Part shown: in pieces, positions 14,892-28,124 of the stretch | Layout: every line of letters begins with the position of its first letter | Numbering within the stretch: the first letter of the stretch is position 1 | Assembly: GCA_964016885.1 (NCBI GenBank) | Contig: OZ024755.1 | Coordinates: 28,954,001 to 29,018,000 of the forward strand | Origin: Eledone cirrhosa | Taxonomy: Eukaryota | Length of the DNA: 64,000 nucleotides | Direction: 5' to 3' | The notes under the pieces: model-generated | What the model saw: only the letters and a program-made list of their open reading frames with translations | Database searches by the model: none | Told to the model about the DNA's origin: nothing | Made by a program: the position numbers and the translations under genes

Positions 14892-15103
14892 AACGAGTAG
14901 GACCCCGACGGCTGAGCTCAAGGTGTTTCGATGGCTAATTTTGTATATATATATCATCGAAGGAGGTGTGGAAAGGAACCAGATGGACCATAACGCACCA
15001 GAGTACTCATTACTTAGGATAGTAGAGTGGGTAATAGAAACATGTATGAACCCGACGGCAGTGCTCAAGCCGTCGAAACGGCTTGAGTTCTGCCGTCGGG
15101 GTC

Positions 15104-15105
<2 letters not shown>
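14889..15105. mobile_element. Two family A HHR-half elements
   Basis: gaccccgacggctgagctcaag arm at 14889-14940; tail plus short palindrome at 14958-15105; all bounded by (TA)n. Confidence 0.8.
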
Positions 15106-15174
<69 letters not shown>

Positions 15175-15186
15175 CATATATATACA

Positions 15187-15395
15187 ACCGACATCCAGAG
15201 TTGACATTGCACTCAGTGCTCCTGTGGGAGGCCCTACATGGACACACTGGAAGAGGAAGACCAAGGTTAACGTATGTTGATGCCCTAAGGACAGACACTG
15301 GTCTGTTGGTGACGCAGGACATGGCAGCGATAATGAGGGACAGAGACCGCTGGAGAGAACTCGTCCATGGATCTCGGGAATTTTACCCGCCCTAG
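15187..15395 (+). mobile_element. RTE LINE 3' end inserted in (TA)n
   Basis: [37 protein letters not shown]...[11 protein letters not shown]; same family as 43576-44316. Confidence 0.9.
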
Positions 15396-15948
<553 letters not shown>

Positions 15949-16072
15949 CTTATATACTTATGTACAATGCATATTCTCTATTTTCTGGTGAGTTTTCTGT
16001 ACAGGGATTCACTTATATCTGACTGTAATAGCTATTGAAATTATCTAAATCGAACATTGTATACAAATAATT

Positions 16073-16150
<78 letters not shown>

Positions 16151-16153
<3 letters not shown>

Positions 16154-16468
16154 CATAGATTTGATATTATGTGAGAAAATTATGAGAGGTAAAAATACTT
16201 TAGCATGAAAATATAATACTAAATATAATAGTATTATATATAATAGTATAGGGCGGTGAATTGGCAGTATCGGTAGAGGGTTGGACGCCATGCTTTCTAG
16301 CATAGTTACGTCCCTTTACAGTCTGAGTTCAAATCCCGCCGAGATTAACTTTGCCTTTCATCCTTACGGGGTCGATAAAATAAAGTACCAGTAAAGTACT
16401 CGGTAATTGCTGGCCTTGTGCCTAAAGTAGAAACAGTTATATATAATAGTATATATAGTAATGTAAAC
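16151..16468. mobile_element. Partial piggyBac-type MITE carrying a SINE insertion
   Basis: Homologous to the internal part of 17170-17720. Confidence 0.7.
16251..16436 (+). mobile_element. tRNA-derived SINE, full length
   Basis: A and B boxes; 17-bp TSD TTATATATAATAGTATA at 16234-16250 / 16437-16453. Confidence 0.93.
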
Positions 16469-16595
16469 TTACTATAATCTCTCTCTCTCTCTATATATAT
16501 ATATATAGAGAGATGGATTATAGTAAGTTTAAATCTCTCTCTATATATATATATGTATAGAGAGAGAGAGAGAGAGATTATAGTAAGTTTAAATC

Positions 16596-16667
<72 letters not shown>

Positions 16668-16695
16668 TTATATTAAGTTTAAATCTCTATATATA

Positions 16696-16860
16696 TAATT
16701 ATTTCTACTTTTGGCACAAGGCCGGCAATTATCCCAGTGTATTACTGGTGCTTTATTTTATCGACCCCGTATGGATGAAAGGCGGTATTTGAACTCAGAA
16801 TGTAAAGGGCCATCATTCTGTGCTGTAAACATGGTGTCTGACGCTCTACCGATGCTGCCG
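16696..16860 (-). mobile_element. tRNA-derived SINE with a small internal deletion
   Basis: Homology to the reference copy. Confidence 0.85.
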
Positions 16861-17169
16861 TATACATATATTATGCATATTCATTAGGTTACTCAACAAA
16901 GAAAGCTTGATAAGCATAGGAAAGAGTTGGCACGAATACCGAATCGAAGATAGCAAGTTTGGCTTTTAGTCCCAACTCCCTTCTTCTAATCACAGAATGC
17001 TCTGTCTCTCTCTCTCTCTCTCTCTCTCCCTATCTATTTATCTCTCTCTCTCACTCTCTCTCTCTCTCTGTCTCACTCTCTCTGTCTCTCTCTCTCTCTC
17101 TCTGAGTGCCTGCTCATTTGTGTCGCGTGATTATACCAGTGATGTGCATGAACATGTTATTCAGTTTAA

Positions 17170-17720
17170 CCCTTTTTCTGTTCAAACCGGCTGCAACCGG
17201 CCGCTCATACTGATATTAAGGTATTGTTCTCAAAATAAATATCAAAATCTCGTAGATTTGATATTATGTGAGATAATTATGAGAGGTAAAAAGCCTTTAC
17301 CATGAAAATATAATAGTAAATATAATAGTATTATATATAATAGTATATCTATCTAAGGCGGGTAAAATTACCGAGATCCATGGACGAGTTCTCTCCATTG
17401 GTCTCTGTCCCTCATTATCGCTGCCATGTCCTGCGTATCCAACAGACCAGTGTCTGTCCTTAGGGCATCAACATACGTTAACCTTGGTCTTCCTCTTCTA
17501 GGATGGGTGCTACACGAGAATGCTGAGGATGGCTCTGAACATTAATCAGTATACACTGAGGATGAAAAACTCAGAGCTGTATGGGAGCATCCCAAAAGTC
17601 AGCTCAAAAGTGACACAGAGGAGACTAAGGTTAGCTGGACATGCTCACCGACATCCAGAGTTGACATAATAATATATATATAGTATATATAGTATATATA
17701 GTAATGTAAATGGTAAAGGG
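17170..17720. mobile_element. piggyBac-type MITE (TTAA-flanked) containing an RTE insertion
   Basis: TTAA|CCCTTT ... AAAGGG|TTAA; further copies at 16151-16468 and 23042-23215. Confidence 0.8.
17353..17667 (-). mobile_element. RTE LINE fragment with 5' inversion
   Basis: 17353-17498 is the 3' end on minus; 17501-17667 is the upstream segment (DGCYTRMLRMALNI...HPELT) on plus; compare the colinear copy 43576-44316. Confidence 0.85.
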
Positions 17721-18373
17721 TTAAAACTGGAACCAGCGTTAACACCTGAAATTTTACATCATTTTTAAAGAAAAGTAAATTGATGTATAACGTATTGTTA
17801 ATATAAATCGATATATTAAACAAACGCTAAATTCTTAATTTACATTTGACATTTTCATTCCATAAATCGTCTGTTTTTTTTTTTTTGTTTTGTTTTTTTT
17901 GTTTTTTTTTACGCTGTAAACAGCCATTAAGTTATTTAACTGGAAGATGCTTTTAGAATTATTTAAGAGTAAAACTTCTTGACGTAGGCAGATAATGTTA
18001 TTAAATTTTATGAAATATAATATTTGCCTCGCTCAGATTATCAGCGATTAGAATTTTAAATATAGCTTTAAATTACTTCCAAATGTTATGGTTTCACACA
18101 CCGACTATTTCATTCAATGGCTATGTATTCAGAAAAATATTATATTACTTTGGGATCATCTATTGTTGTTTTGATTGCAATAATATGCAAAATGTGTTGT
18201 TTACAGATTTTTTGCCCCAGGTCTCACATATTCTAGCAGACATAATACTAAAATCTTCGAAATTTTAATCGCATATACGATTCATTTCTGGCTCGTTGTA
18301 CCCGTCACTTTATTCCTAAATCTTTCTTGTCAATTTAAAAATGTCTGCATGTTGTTAGGTTATTATTTTACAC

Positions 18374-18550
18374 TGGGCGATGGATTGGCAGTATCGGTAG
18401 ATAGTCGGACACCATGCTAGAGAATCACGGTCCTTTCTGATCTGAGTTCAAATCTCGCCGAGCTTAACTTTGCCTTACGGGGTCGATAAAATAAAGTACC
18501 AATAATGCACTGGGATAATTGCTGGCCTTGTGCCAAAAGTAGAAACAATT
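18374..18550 (+). mobile_element. tRNA-derived SINE
   Basis: A and B boxes; TSD-like TTATTTTACACT on both sides. Confidence 0.9.
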
Positions 18551-18699
18551 ATTTTACACTAGGCGAATAACAACACAGGGTTTACTTCATTGGCTCTGTG
18601 GCTGTTGGTGTTCCTGTTAGACGTCATCGAGAATCGAATAGAGGAAGCATATAGGTCGAGCATATAGAGTATCGTCTTGATTGTCGTTCTAGAGTGCAA

Positions 18700-19550
18700 T
18701 TTAACGGACATTTGGCTGGTAATACTAGCAGAGATATTGACCAATTCGAATTCCCTGTTTGCTGCAATAATTATTGCATTTAGTCTGAACAGATTTAATT
18801 AATGAGTGTTGCGAAATTGACATTAAGCAGTTTGTCAATTCAAAGGTTTTTCTCTTTGTAATGTCATCTGTATATCGAAGCTATACAATTTAATCGAAGC
18901 TAAACACTGCTATAATTTGAACATAATCACGTTATCTATTCCCATGAATATCATACGTCCCAATATTTCAGACCAATTTACATCGTGTCCCAGTTGTAAG
19001 AAAGGCAATCTTTTTCATCTTATTATCCTCCAGTAACTAGAGAGCTATTGGCCGTCATGACATGGTAGTGAAAGACTTCTTTATTGGTGTTAGTATTACT
19101 AGCTTATGGGTCAGTTTAGATATATCTGGATCATCTTGAACTTTATTTATATTATAAAATAACTGTAGCACTATTTACTGAATGGTTTATTTATGATTAA
19201 ATTTGATATTGCGTCTTTAACTATGGCCGTTTCCTCTTTTAACTGTTAGTAGTTCTTCTTCGGTAATAAAAGGAATGTCTTTATTTAGGATGAGAGGGGT
19301 AAACTCTTTGTAATTTTATATTGTATTCACTAAACGAAACATGATTCTGCAAATAGCAATGAAAGTTTGGAAGTGTCTGAGATTATCTCACTATAAGGAT
19401 CATGAATTAATAGCTCTTGATTCGTTTTGGAGTTTGTGTTTTACCATTTTGTTGTATATTTTCTGTATATCGCTTTGCTGGACCAGAAGCCATTTTTCCT
19501 TTGCCTTTTATACTATTTCATTAACCCATTACAGATTTTATTGTTGGAAT
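18700..19550 (-). pseudogene. Highly decayed non-LTR retrotransposon RT region
   Basis: Minus-strand fragments IPFITEEELL and VILTPIKKSFTTMS*RPIAL resemble LINE RT N-terminal motifs; many stops; boundaries approximate. Confidence 0.45.
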
Positions 19551-19710
19551 GGAATTTCTAGAAAATATAGAATATGACACAGTCATACACGCATGCATAC
19601 AAACATACAGTCATACACGCATGCATAAAACAGGGTTAGAGATGATATGATATTATATCAAATATCAAATGATACATATATATAAATATAGTAAAACAAA
19701 ATATATATAA

Positions 19711-19770
19711 TTGTTTCTACTTTAGGCACAAGGCCAGCAATTACCCAGTGCATTACTGGTACTTTATTAG
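19711..19770 (-). mobile_element. SINE 3' fragment flanked by a 51-bp direct repeat
   Basis: Identical 51-mers at 19660-19710 and 19777-19827. Confidence 0.85.
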
Positions 19771-19859
19771 TAATGTAAATATCAAATGATACATATATAT
19801 AAATATAGTAAAACAAAATATATATAATACTTATTTATACATAGTATATATTTTATTAT

Positions 19860-20001
19860 TTATTATATATAAATTAACGATGTTATTTATATAATGTTTA
19901 TAATTTGCGTGTAGACAGGTCTGTATGGAAATAGGAGCTGAGGGCGCTAAGGGCATTATGCAATCGTGAGGGTGGTGGCCCCAAAAGTTTGAGAACCTCT
20001 G
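19860..20001. mobile_element. hAT-type element end
   Basis: Reverse complement reads CAGAGGTTCTCAAACTTTTGGGG, a Charlie-like terminus; the other end was not identified. Confidence 0.45.
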
Positions 20002-20576
20002 TTTTAAATACTGAAGCCTTACCTTTAACGGAGAACTTTCTTTGGCATTTGGCAACCTCAGCATAGAAAAGATTGCACCATAAATACTGGCCAGATTATA
20101 TTTTGTATCCTCAAATAAATACCTTATGAGGGCTAAAATACTGGGGTAAAATACTGTCACCATATTTGCGCCTGTGCTGCTTCTACACAGTCAAATATCC
20201 CCTAGAAAACCCGAGTATGAGATAAACCCGCTGATGTGCATTACATGAATCAAGAGCAATAGTTTACTGTAATTTGGGAGTATGGAGGTAGATAAGACAC
20301 CTCATAAGATATTTCTGTATATTTGTTAAAGAAGTCAGGGCGTTATTTGACAAAGATTTTGCAACAGTCATTTCAAAATGGAGTTGATTGCATCGTAAAA
20401 TTTACTTTGAAAACGGAAGGCGGTTTATAAATCTTATTTTTGATCTCGTATTCAATTTATTGATTAAGCAACAACAGATAAGAAAATGTAAACAGTTTGT
20501 TCTATTGAATCATACCCACTTTTGTTGGTCTCGCATGCTTCCAGTTATATCAGTAGAATATTGCTTAAATCATATA

Positions 20577-20655
20577 TTGGCTCGTCAAGTGTCAAATTTG
20601 TAGAAATCTCTGGTAAAATAAGAGATTTCTTCAAATTTCATACTTGACGGCCCAA
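20577..20655. mobile_element. Mariner-type MITE (79 bp)
   Basis: TA|TTGGCTCGTCAAGT...ACTTGACGGCCCAA|TA with a hairpin body. Confidence 0.7.
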
Positions 20656-21097
20656 TACTTTTCTCCAGAAAAATTAGATAATATAATCATACAGAATACA
20701 CGCCCGGATAAATGACGAGACAATCACAGTGTGTTTTACATTTAAATTAATGAAGGTTCACTTCGTATATGATATAACAGAGAAAACTTCAATTTATATT
20801 AATAATCCGTACTTGATTTATGGTTATGAAAATGAAATGTTTTTGAGAATAAATATTGCGATTTAAGATATGTTTCTGAAATACCCTTCCTTTAAAATAC
20901 CAAAAGCCATCATTATTCTTAAAAGTACACTAAAAGACATGAATCAGGTTTCTAAATATAAATTCACTTCTAGTTTATTTATTTTCATTTCACAGCTTAA
21001 TGGATAATTTAGATATTATAGTTTACATTCCATCTTAGCTTAACATAATATAGTGAGGAGTGTTTAAGTGCAATTATTCGGGCTCATGTGCAATATG

Positions 21098-21176
<79 letters not shown>

Positions 21177-21332
21177 TTATAGATATGTGTATAAATATGT
21201 ATATTCTGGAGAGAGATTGTCTAAGATTTAAATATATATTATGACATCCAGCTATGATACATCAGGATTTCAGGACCGATGGATAAATTTATGAAAACAG
21301 TATATGTGTACACAATCATACTCACACACACT

Positions 21333-21394
<62 letters not shown>

Positions 21395-21449
21395 TATATA
21401 CACATATATACATATATATGTGTGTGTGTATATATGTATTTATATATAC

Positions 21450-21484
<35 letters not shown>

Positions 21485-21561
21485 TGTTTGTGTATATGGG
21501 TGGGAGTGCAATTATAACGTTCATACAAATATATACATACAACAAACTCAATCATATATAT

Positions 21562-21597
<36 letters not shown>

Positions 21598-21698
21598 ACA
21601 CAGAAACACACACGCATGCATGAAAACCCACACATAGATTGATAATAATTTTACCTTCTTTTTTTTTATTATTATTTAGACAAAAACAAATATTTAAT

Positions 21699-21883
21699 TG
21701 TTTCTACTTTAGGCACAAGGCCAGCAAATTACCCAGTGTATTACTGGTACTTTATTTTATCGACCCCGTAAGGATGAAAGGCAAAGTCAACCTCGGCGGG
21801 ATTTGAACTCAGATCATAAAGGGACGTAACTATGCTGGAAAGCATGGCGTCCGACCCTCTACCGATACTGCCAATCCACCACC
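21699..21883 (-). mobile_element. tRNA-derived SINE, full length
   Basis: 22-bp perfect TSD TAGACAAAAACAAATATTTAAT at 21677-21698 / 21884-21905. Confidence 0.93.
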
Positions 21884-22225
21884 TAGACAAAAACAAATAT
21901 TTAATGCACCCGAAATAACTCCAGAATATTTAGCCTGGAAAGTCTGGTACGGCAGTGTGTCATCTAACTTCAAATATTTACAAATTTACGTTTAATCACT
22001 CACATATGTACTGACTATAACTGACAACCATAAATGCCTTCAAATAACTTCTCGATATAAATATTTTTAACCAGCTTGGACATATAATAACTATAAAACA
22101 AGCATACAAATGTACACGAATAGAGCAAGTCAGCCAAGGCACATTTACACAGCTCATTATCATGCTTGGATTAGCAGCTAAATTGCCCTCAAATAACAAA
22201 CTATATTCTAATAAAAGGATTACAC

Positions 22226-22317
<92 letters not shown>

Positions 22318-22555
22318 GTATAACACTTAACAAAACCGAGGAGGCAACCGTGTGGGACATATGTGATATTGTCAAAAAGTACAAAAATAGTACACAAATC
22401 CTTGTACATCGGCCGCTGAAATGGATGGACACACGCTTCGACACTACTAGTCCATCCGTAGTCATGGTATGTGACCAAATAATAAAAAAATATCCCTGGA
22501 CTATTTACTAGAAAAGGAAACAACTCGAAATTTATGCACGTATAACTAACTAAAT

Positions 22556-22990
22556 ATGCGTGGGAGGCCGGCATATATTACTTTCAACGTCAGATATCGC
22601 CGAATTATGTTCGGAATGCGTCGAAGTAGGCGAGTGTATGTGCCATCAAGGTACTTTCTGTTGTTTAAATGAAAGCGTCCATGTTTCACTTACATATAGC
22701 AAGATTGGTTGAATTGTTACTTGGAAGAGTCTGATCTTGGTGTGGTTGTACGTAAAAGGAGAATAAGATTTGCTGGCCACATCCATCGTGCCGCCTATGA
22801 GGCTGTGTCCCCATTGGTGCTTTGGAAACCACAAGCAGTCACTAATAATAGGGGGCGCAAGCTCTCCTATCCCGATGTCATCTCCAGAGATTCTGGTATT
22901 GAAATCCAGGATTTGGCAACGGCAATGAATGACAGACCCACGTGGAGATGAATTGTTGAGTCCATTTCGGCTGAGGCCGCTCGATGATAA
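22556..22990 (+). mobile_element. RTE LINE 3' end with 5' inversion
   Basis: About 22747-22990 on plus (RKRRIRFAGHIHRA...GRKLSYPDVISRD); 22556-22748 is the upstream segment inverted (NHTKIRLFQVTIQPILLYVSETWTL); compare colinear 32235-32765. Confidence 0.87.
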
Positions 22991-23041
22991 CTAAACATGA
23001 TATTTGTATGGAACAATACGCGACAGGTTTAACAGGTTTAA

Positions 23042-23215
23042 CCCTTTAATATTTACATTACTCTATATATACTCTTGTATTTTCACGGTAAAGGTTTTAT
23101 CTTACATACTAATTTCACATAATATCGAATGTATGAGATTTTGATATTATTTATTTTGAAAACAATATCTTAAAATCAGTATGAGTGGCCAATTACAGCT
23201 GGTTTGAACCGTAGA
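23042..23215. mobile_element. piggyBac-type MITE, reverse copy without insertion
   Basis: TTAA|CCCTTT start; reverse homology to 17170-17720. Confidence 0.7.
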
Positions 23216-23323
23216 CTCATATTGTATAGAAACATATGTTAGAGAACAAACTGTAAATAAATCTTTCTCTTCTAACCTTTAATTCTTGCCTAGTCATTTG
23301 TTTTTCCTGGTACTGTACCTCAG

Positions 23324-23416
23324 ACGTGTCTGAGGAACCTGCGAATCCAGAGTCAGGTTAGATCCACACACAGATCGAACCTCGAGCTGTTCGCCGGGGA
23401 AACAATTGTAACACAT
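23324..23416 (+). ncRNA. Type I hammerhead ribozyme with extended stem II (family C)
   Basis: GTGT-CTGAGGA-62-nt hairpin (gcgaa/ttcgc, aggtt/aacct, gatc/gatc)-GAAA-CAATTG-TA-ACAC, then AATAAA; 10.1-11.1 is A-G. Confidence 0.68.
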
Positions 23417-23632
23417 AATAAATTGAATTCCGATGCATCACTGAGTCTTCGTTTTCCATTTTACATATATATATATAAATATTTTTATTCTTATTTTATT
23501 TTTATTTTATATATATATATATATATTACGCTTCTTGTGTTGTCTTTTACACTAGCTGCTGAATTCTTTTGCAAGATCTACTTAATTCTCTAAGCAATAT
23601 ATCGATAAGTACAGATAAGTCAGTTGTAATGA

Positions 23633-23681
<49 letters not shown>

Positions 23682-24265
23682 GGGTGAGTGCGATCATCCG
23701 ATTTAAAAGCATGCTTAATTTAGTCTAGACAAATTGAATGAAATGAAATGACCACCAGGAATCTAATTATAGATTTATGCGATTTGCAAAGGACAGCATG
23801 TTTATCGGTTTTATATATATTTTGAGAACAAATTTTAGTGATCACTTAGCTGTATTTTTCGTGACGTATTAGTTTTCTTTTGACTCATTTGTATTTCTTG
23901 ATATGAAACCCTTAATATGAGTTCGCCTCGGTAGTTTATCCCAGCTACAAGTTGGGGATTAGGAGTGATGGAGTATTCATTTATCAAATTGTATGTAGTG
24001 AAGACGGAGTTACATCACAATAACTGATTTATTGCATGATCTATATATCTGTTACATGGTTATGCATGTGACTTCATCAGATGTTCATACAATCATAGCT
24101 GTAGCTATGTAATCATAGGGATATGTCGCTGGTCATGTATTACTATTCAATCGTGATGCCATCAGACATATGTGTTACTGAATCTTTTCGTAGTAAGTTC
24201 TAGTGGATGTATTCACCTTCTGTTGAGTTGTGTAAAGTTCCAATACTTAATTGTTGACACATTTA

Positions 24266-24319
<54 letters not shown>

Positions 24320-24397
24320 GGAAAAAATAGGCAAGTTAAGAAAAAATCTTTACTTACTCATTTTAATGTCCCTACAGCAGTTTCATTAGGAAAATAA

Positions 24398-24584
24398 ATG
24401 TTTCTACTTTTGGCACAAGGCCAGCAATTACTCAGTACATTACTGGTACTCTATTGTATCGACCCCGTAAGGATGAAAAGCAAAGTCAACCTCGGCGGGA
24501 TTTGAACTCAGACCGTAAACGAACGTAACTATGCTGGAAAGCATGGCGTCCGACTCTCTACCGATACTGCCAATCCACCACCCT
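24398..24584 (-). mobile_element. tRNA-derived SINE, full length
   Basis: TSD TTTCATTAGGAAAATAA on both sides. Confidence 0.92.
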
Positions 24585-24903
24585 TTCATTATGAAATTAT
24601 TTTCATTAGGAAAATAACGAAACTCTGAGTGGAATATCGCGAGATATCCCAAATGATCAGGAGACTTTCTCTGTCCAGAAGTAAAATTCGCGATACTCTA
24701 CTCAGAGCTTCTAATGAAACTGTAATAGGGACATTAAAGTGAGTAAGTAAAGATTTTGTTCTTACCTTGACTGCCCATCCCACATTCGATATTATCAGGC
24801 TCTGAATCTACTAATTTTATTAACTCTTTCATAGAACCAAACTCGGTATAAGTTGGACACTATGTATGTATCTATACTCATGTAGCCGTATATATACTTC
24901 TCC

Positions 24904-24966
<63 letters not shown>

Positions 24967-25286
24967 ATTCAAAACAACAAATAGCGGAGGACGTGTTTCG
25001 CACCTTTCCGACAGACAACCTTTCCCCCACCCCGGAAAAAAACCCCAGTTGATGCATGTGAATCCGAAATATATAGTGACAACTAAATCTCTCCCAAGGT
25101 AACTCTCTCTCGTGTTGTTATTTTTATTTTATCCTTTATACTCTTTCCTTTATTCCTCTACACGTCTTATACACGCCACGCATCTCAACGTACACCCACT
25201 TACATCTCTCTCTCCACCACCGGATCTTGTTACCCGGAGATTTACCCATTTGCATTGTCGAGGCTTCCAAACGACTTAAAGATATT

Positions 25287-25341
<55 letters not shown>

Positions 25342-26269
25342 ATGTGTGTGTGTATATATATATATATATATCTTAAATAATTTAGGATGTTAGTGATAGT
25401 TATTCTGAAGTCAATATGGTGTTTCAGATTGAAGGGACTCTTGGACATATATTGCATTGCTTTTTTATTGCAGTCAAACACCTCGTGGAAAACTTAAAGT
25501 ACGGCTTTATCAAACCATGTTTCAAAAAATGTAGAATAATTGGTTTCTGTCCTGAGTACGACGATTATATTAATCCCATGAGATTAAAATATTACTGATT
25601 CTATATCATTGCATGATATAGATTAATTTGCTACTTCAAAATCAGTTTTGCAGAAGATTAGACTACAATTCTTCGCTTGGCGCATATTCAGTCTCACTTT
25701 TTTTTTTATATTCAGCTTTTTATGCAAACATATATTTACAGGAAAATGAATTATGTTTGCATTCGTTGTTTGAACGTCTTCCCTTTTATCAATAGATTGA
25801 GTCAATTCATTCAAATTTAATAACAGAAAGTTTGCGTTTTCGCTATTAAAAAATCAGTCTTTTGAATAAAGTACTTGCGTTGTTACCACCATGTATATTC
25901 TTTGTATCACATCTTCCAAGGTATCATATAATACAGAAGTAATCATTGATACATGAGTAAGGCATTTAGCATGTGTTATTCCAGTAATATTGCATTTAAT
26001 ATGGATATAATTGATATTTAAATTGGTACATTTGTAAATAAACTATCATCTATGTAACACGTAAACATAATCTAAGAATATTGAAAGGTATGATATAATA
26101 CAGAACCTTATCGTAAAGAGCATATTTGTAAAGACATTTCTATATGTTATATATGTACAGTATATAACGCTATAAATTGTACATTCAATGAGTGCAATTT
26201 AACACGATGTGCCTGTAATTACACAGTCAACAACATAAAGCATAAACATGTTCTAATACCCTCATAATT

Positions 26270-26336
<67 letters not shown>

Positions 26337-26339
<3 letters not shown>

Positions 26340-26529
26340 AACGAGTAGGACCCCGACGGCTGAGCTCAAGCCGTTTCGACGGCTAATTCTGGCGTCCAGA
26401 ATTAGCCATCGAAACAGCTTGAGTTCAGCCGTCGGGATCCTACTCGTTCCTATTACCCACTCTACTACCCTAAGTATTGAGTACTTTGGTGCGTTATGGT
26501 CCACCTGGTTCCTTACCACATTTCCTTCG

Positions 26530-26532
<3 letters not shown>
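26337..26532 (+). mobile_element. Family A HHR-half palindrome plus tail
   Basis: Arms of about 55 bp centred on ctgg cgt ccag; (TA)n on both sides. Confidence 0.85.
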
Positions 26533-26561
<29 letters not shown>

Positions 26562-26574
26562 GTAGGTACGTATT

Positions 26575-26800
26575 ACGTCGGCTGAGGTTACACTCGCAAA
26601 GCTTCAGCACGCCTTCTCCAATCGTCTCGGTCGAGCATGACATTTCTCAGTTGGTCGATGTTATCAATGTTGGCATCTCTCAGCAGGGTATCGATGAATG
26701 AAACGGCCTGGCTTCCCACGCTTCCTTTGTCCGACCGCCGGTTTCCTAAGCACAAGTTGAGATCCTGTCTCTTCTGGATGGCGGATGCACTTTCATTCGT
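26575..26800 (-). mobile_element. RTE-type LINE 3' end
   Basis: FIDTLLRDANIDNIDQLRNVMLDRDDWRRR, typical of an RTE ORF C-terminus. Confidence 0.7.
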
Positions 26801-27317
26801 CGGCAGGCTACTGTTTTTACGATATATTCTATTTCTAAATATCATTCATTTATTTTTCAACCGACTTATATATTATTGAGGCTAAATATTTTCTGAATTG
26901 TGTTTAATGTTAAAATACCAGAACATTTCTTATCTATATACTGCAAACCAAATTATAATATCCTCATTGTTTTTTTTTTTCACTTTTATTCAATCATTTG
27001 ATTGCAAGTAAGATTATTCTTATTTCAACAGTTTTTCTTCGGAAAATTCAATGACCTGTTATTGTTTTTCTAAAGGATAATATAAATTGAATTAATTTAT
27101 TATTTTATATGGCTGAATTGTGAAAATCTTCAATTCGATTAATTTGGTTCTCACATCCTAATTTAGAGAAGACAGGACAAAAAATTAACAGATTGTTGCA
27201 GTTTGATTAAAATACTTGTCGCAAATGATTGATTTAATGTTCCCCCAAACATCTTAAATTCTTCATTTGGAAGTGGTTTATCTCAAGTTTCATATTTTTT
27301 CGAAAACATTATTAATC

Positions 27318-27915
27318 ATTCTTCTTCTTCTTCTTCTTCTTCTTCTTTGTCTTCTTCTTCTTCTTCTTCTTCTTCTTCTTTCTTCCTTCACCTCTTCTTC
27401 TTCTTCTTTCTTCCTTTACCTCTTCTTCTTCATCATCTTCTTTTCTTTCTTCCTTCTCCTCCTCTTCTTCGTTTCTTTCTTCCTTCTCCTCCCCTTCTCC
27501 TTTTTCTTTCTTCTTCTTCTTCATCGCCTACTTCTTCTTCACCCCTCCACTCATCATCGCCACCATTATTGTCAATATCACCGTCATCGCTGCCGCCGCC
27601 CTCAACAACAGTCCCCACACACCAATCACGACCAATACCAATAGAATAGTATCACAACAAACACTAACAACAACACCACCTCCTCCATCACACATACCAC
27701 TACCATCAACAGCTACACCGTAAACATCATCTTTCTCGTCGTTATTTCCCAACCTCGACCATCTTAGCTATCAATAACTTACTCCCCCTCCTAGTCATAC
27801 GTATCATCATCACCACCACCACCACCACCACCAACACCAACACCACCATCATCATCACCACCACCACCACCACCACCACCACCATCAACATCATCATCAT
27901 CATCAACAACAACAT
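27318..27915. repeat. (CTT)n and (CAC/CAT/CAA)n low-complexity region
   Basis: Direct reading. Confidence 0.9.
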
Positions 27916-27946
27916 CACTTTTGTTGATTGCAGTTCATATCATGGA

Positions 27947-28010
27947 TAATTATTTCTACTTTTGGCTCAAGGCCAGCAGGTATCCCAGTGTATTACTGGT
28001 ACTTTATTTT
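27947..28010 (-). mobile_element. SINE 3' fragment
   Basis: Homology to the reference copy. Confidence 0.75.
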
Positions 28011-28069
28011 ACACCAACACGAGAATATTGGCTTGCTGGGGAAACATATATTTGTCTGCTCACAGACAA

Positions 28070-28124
<55 letters not shown>

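Noticed and set aside
20023-20201. Minus-strand exon candidate with good AG and GTAAG signals
   Set aside because: Stops in all three frames from the best acceptor and no recognisable protein; a non-coding or shorter exon cannot be excluded
27267-27752. Poly-Leu, poly-Ser and poly-Lys ORFs
   Set aside because: (CTT)n and related low-complexity sequence
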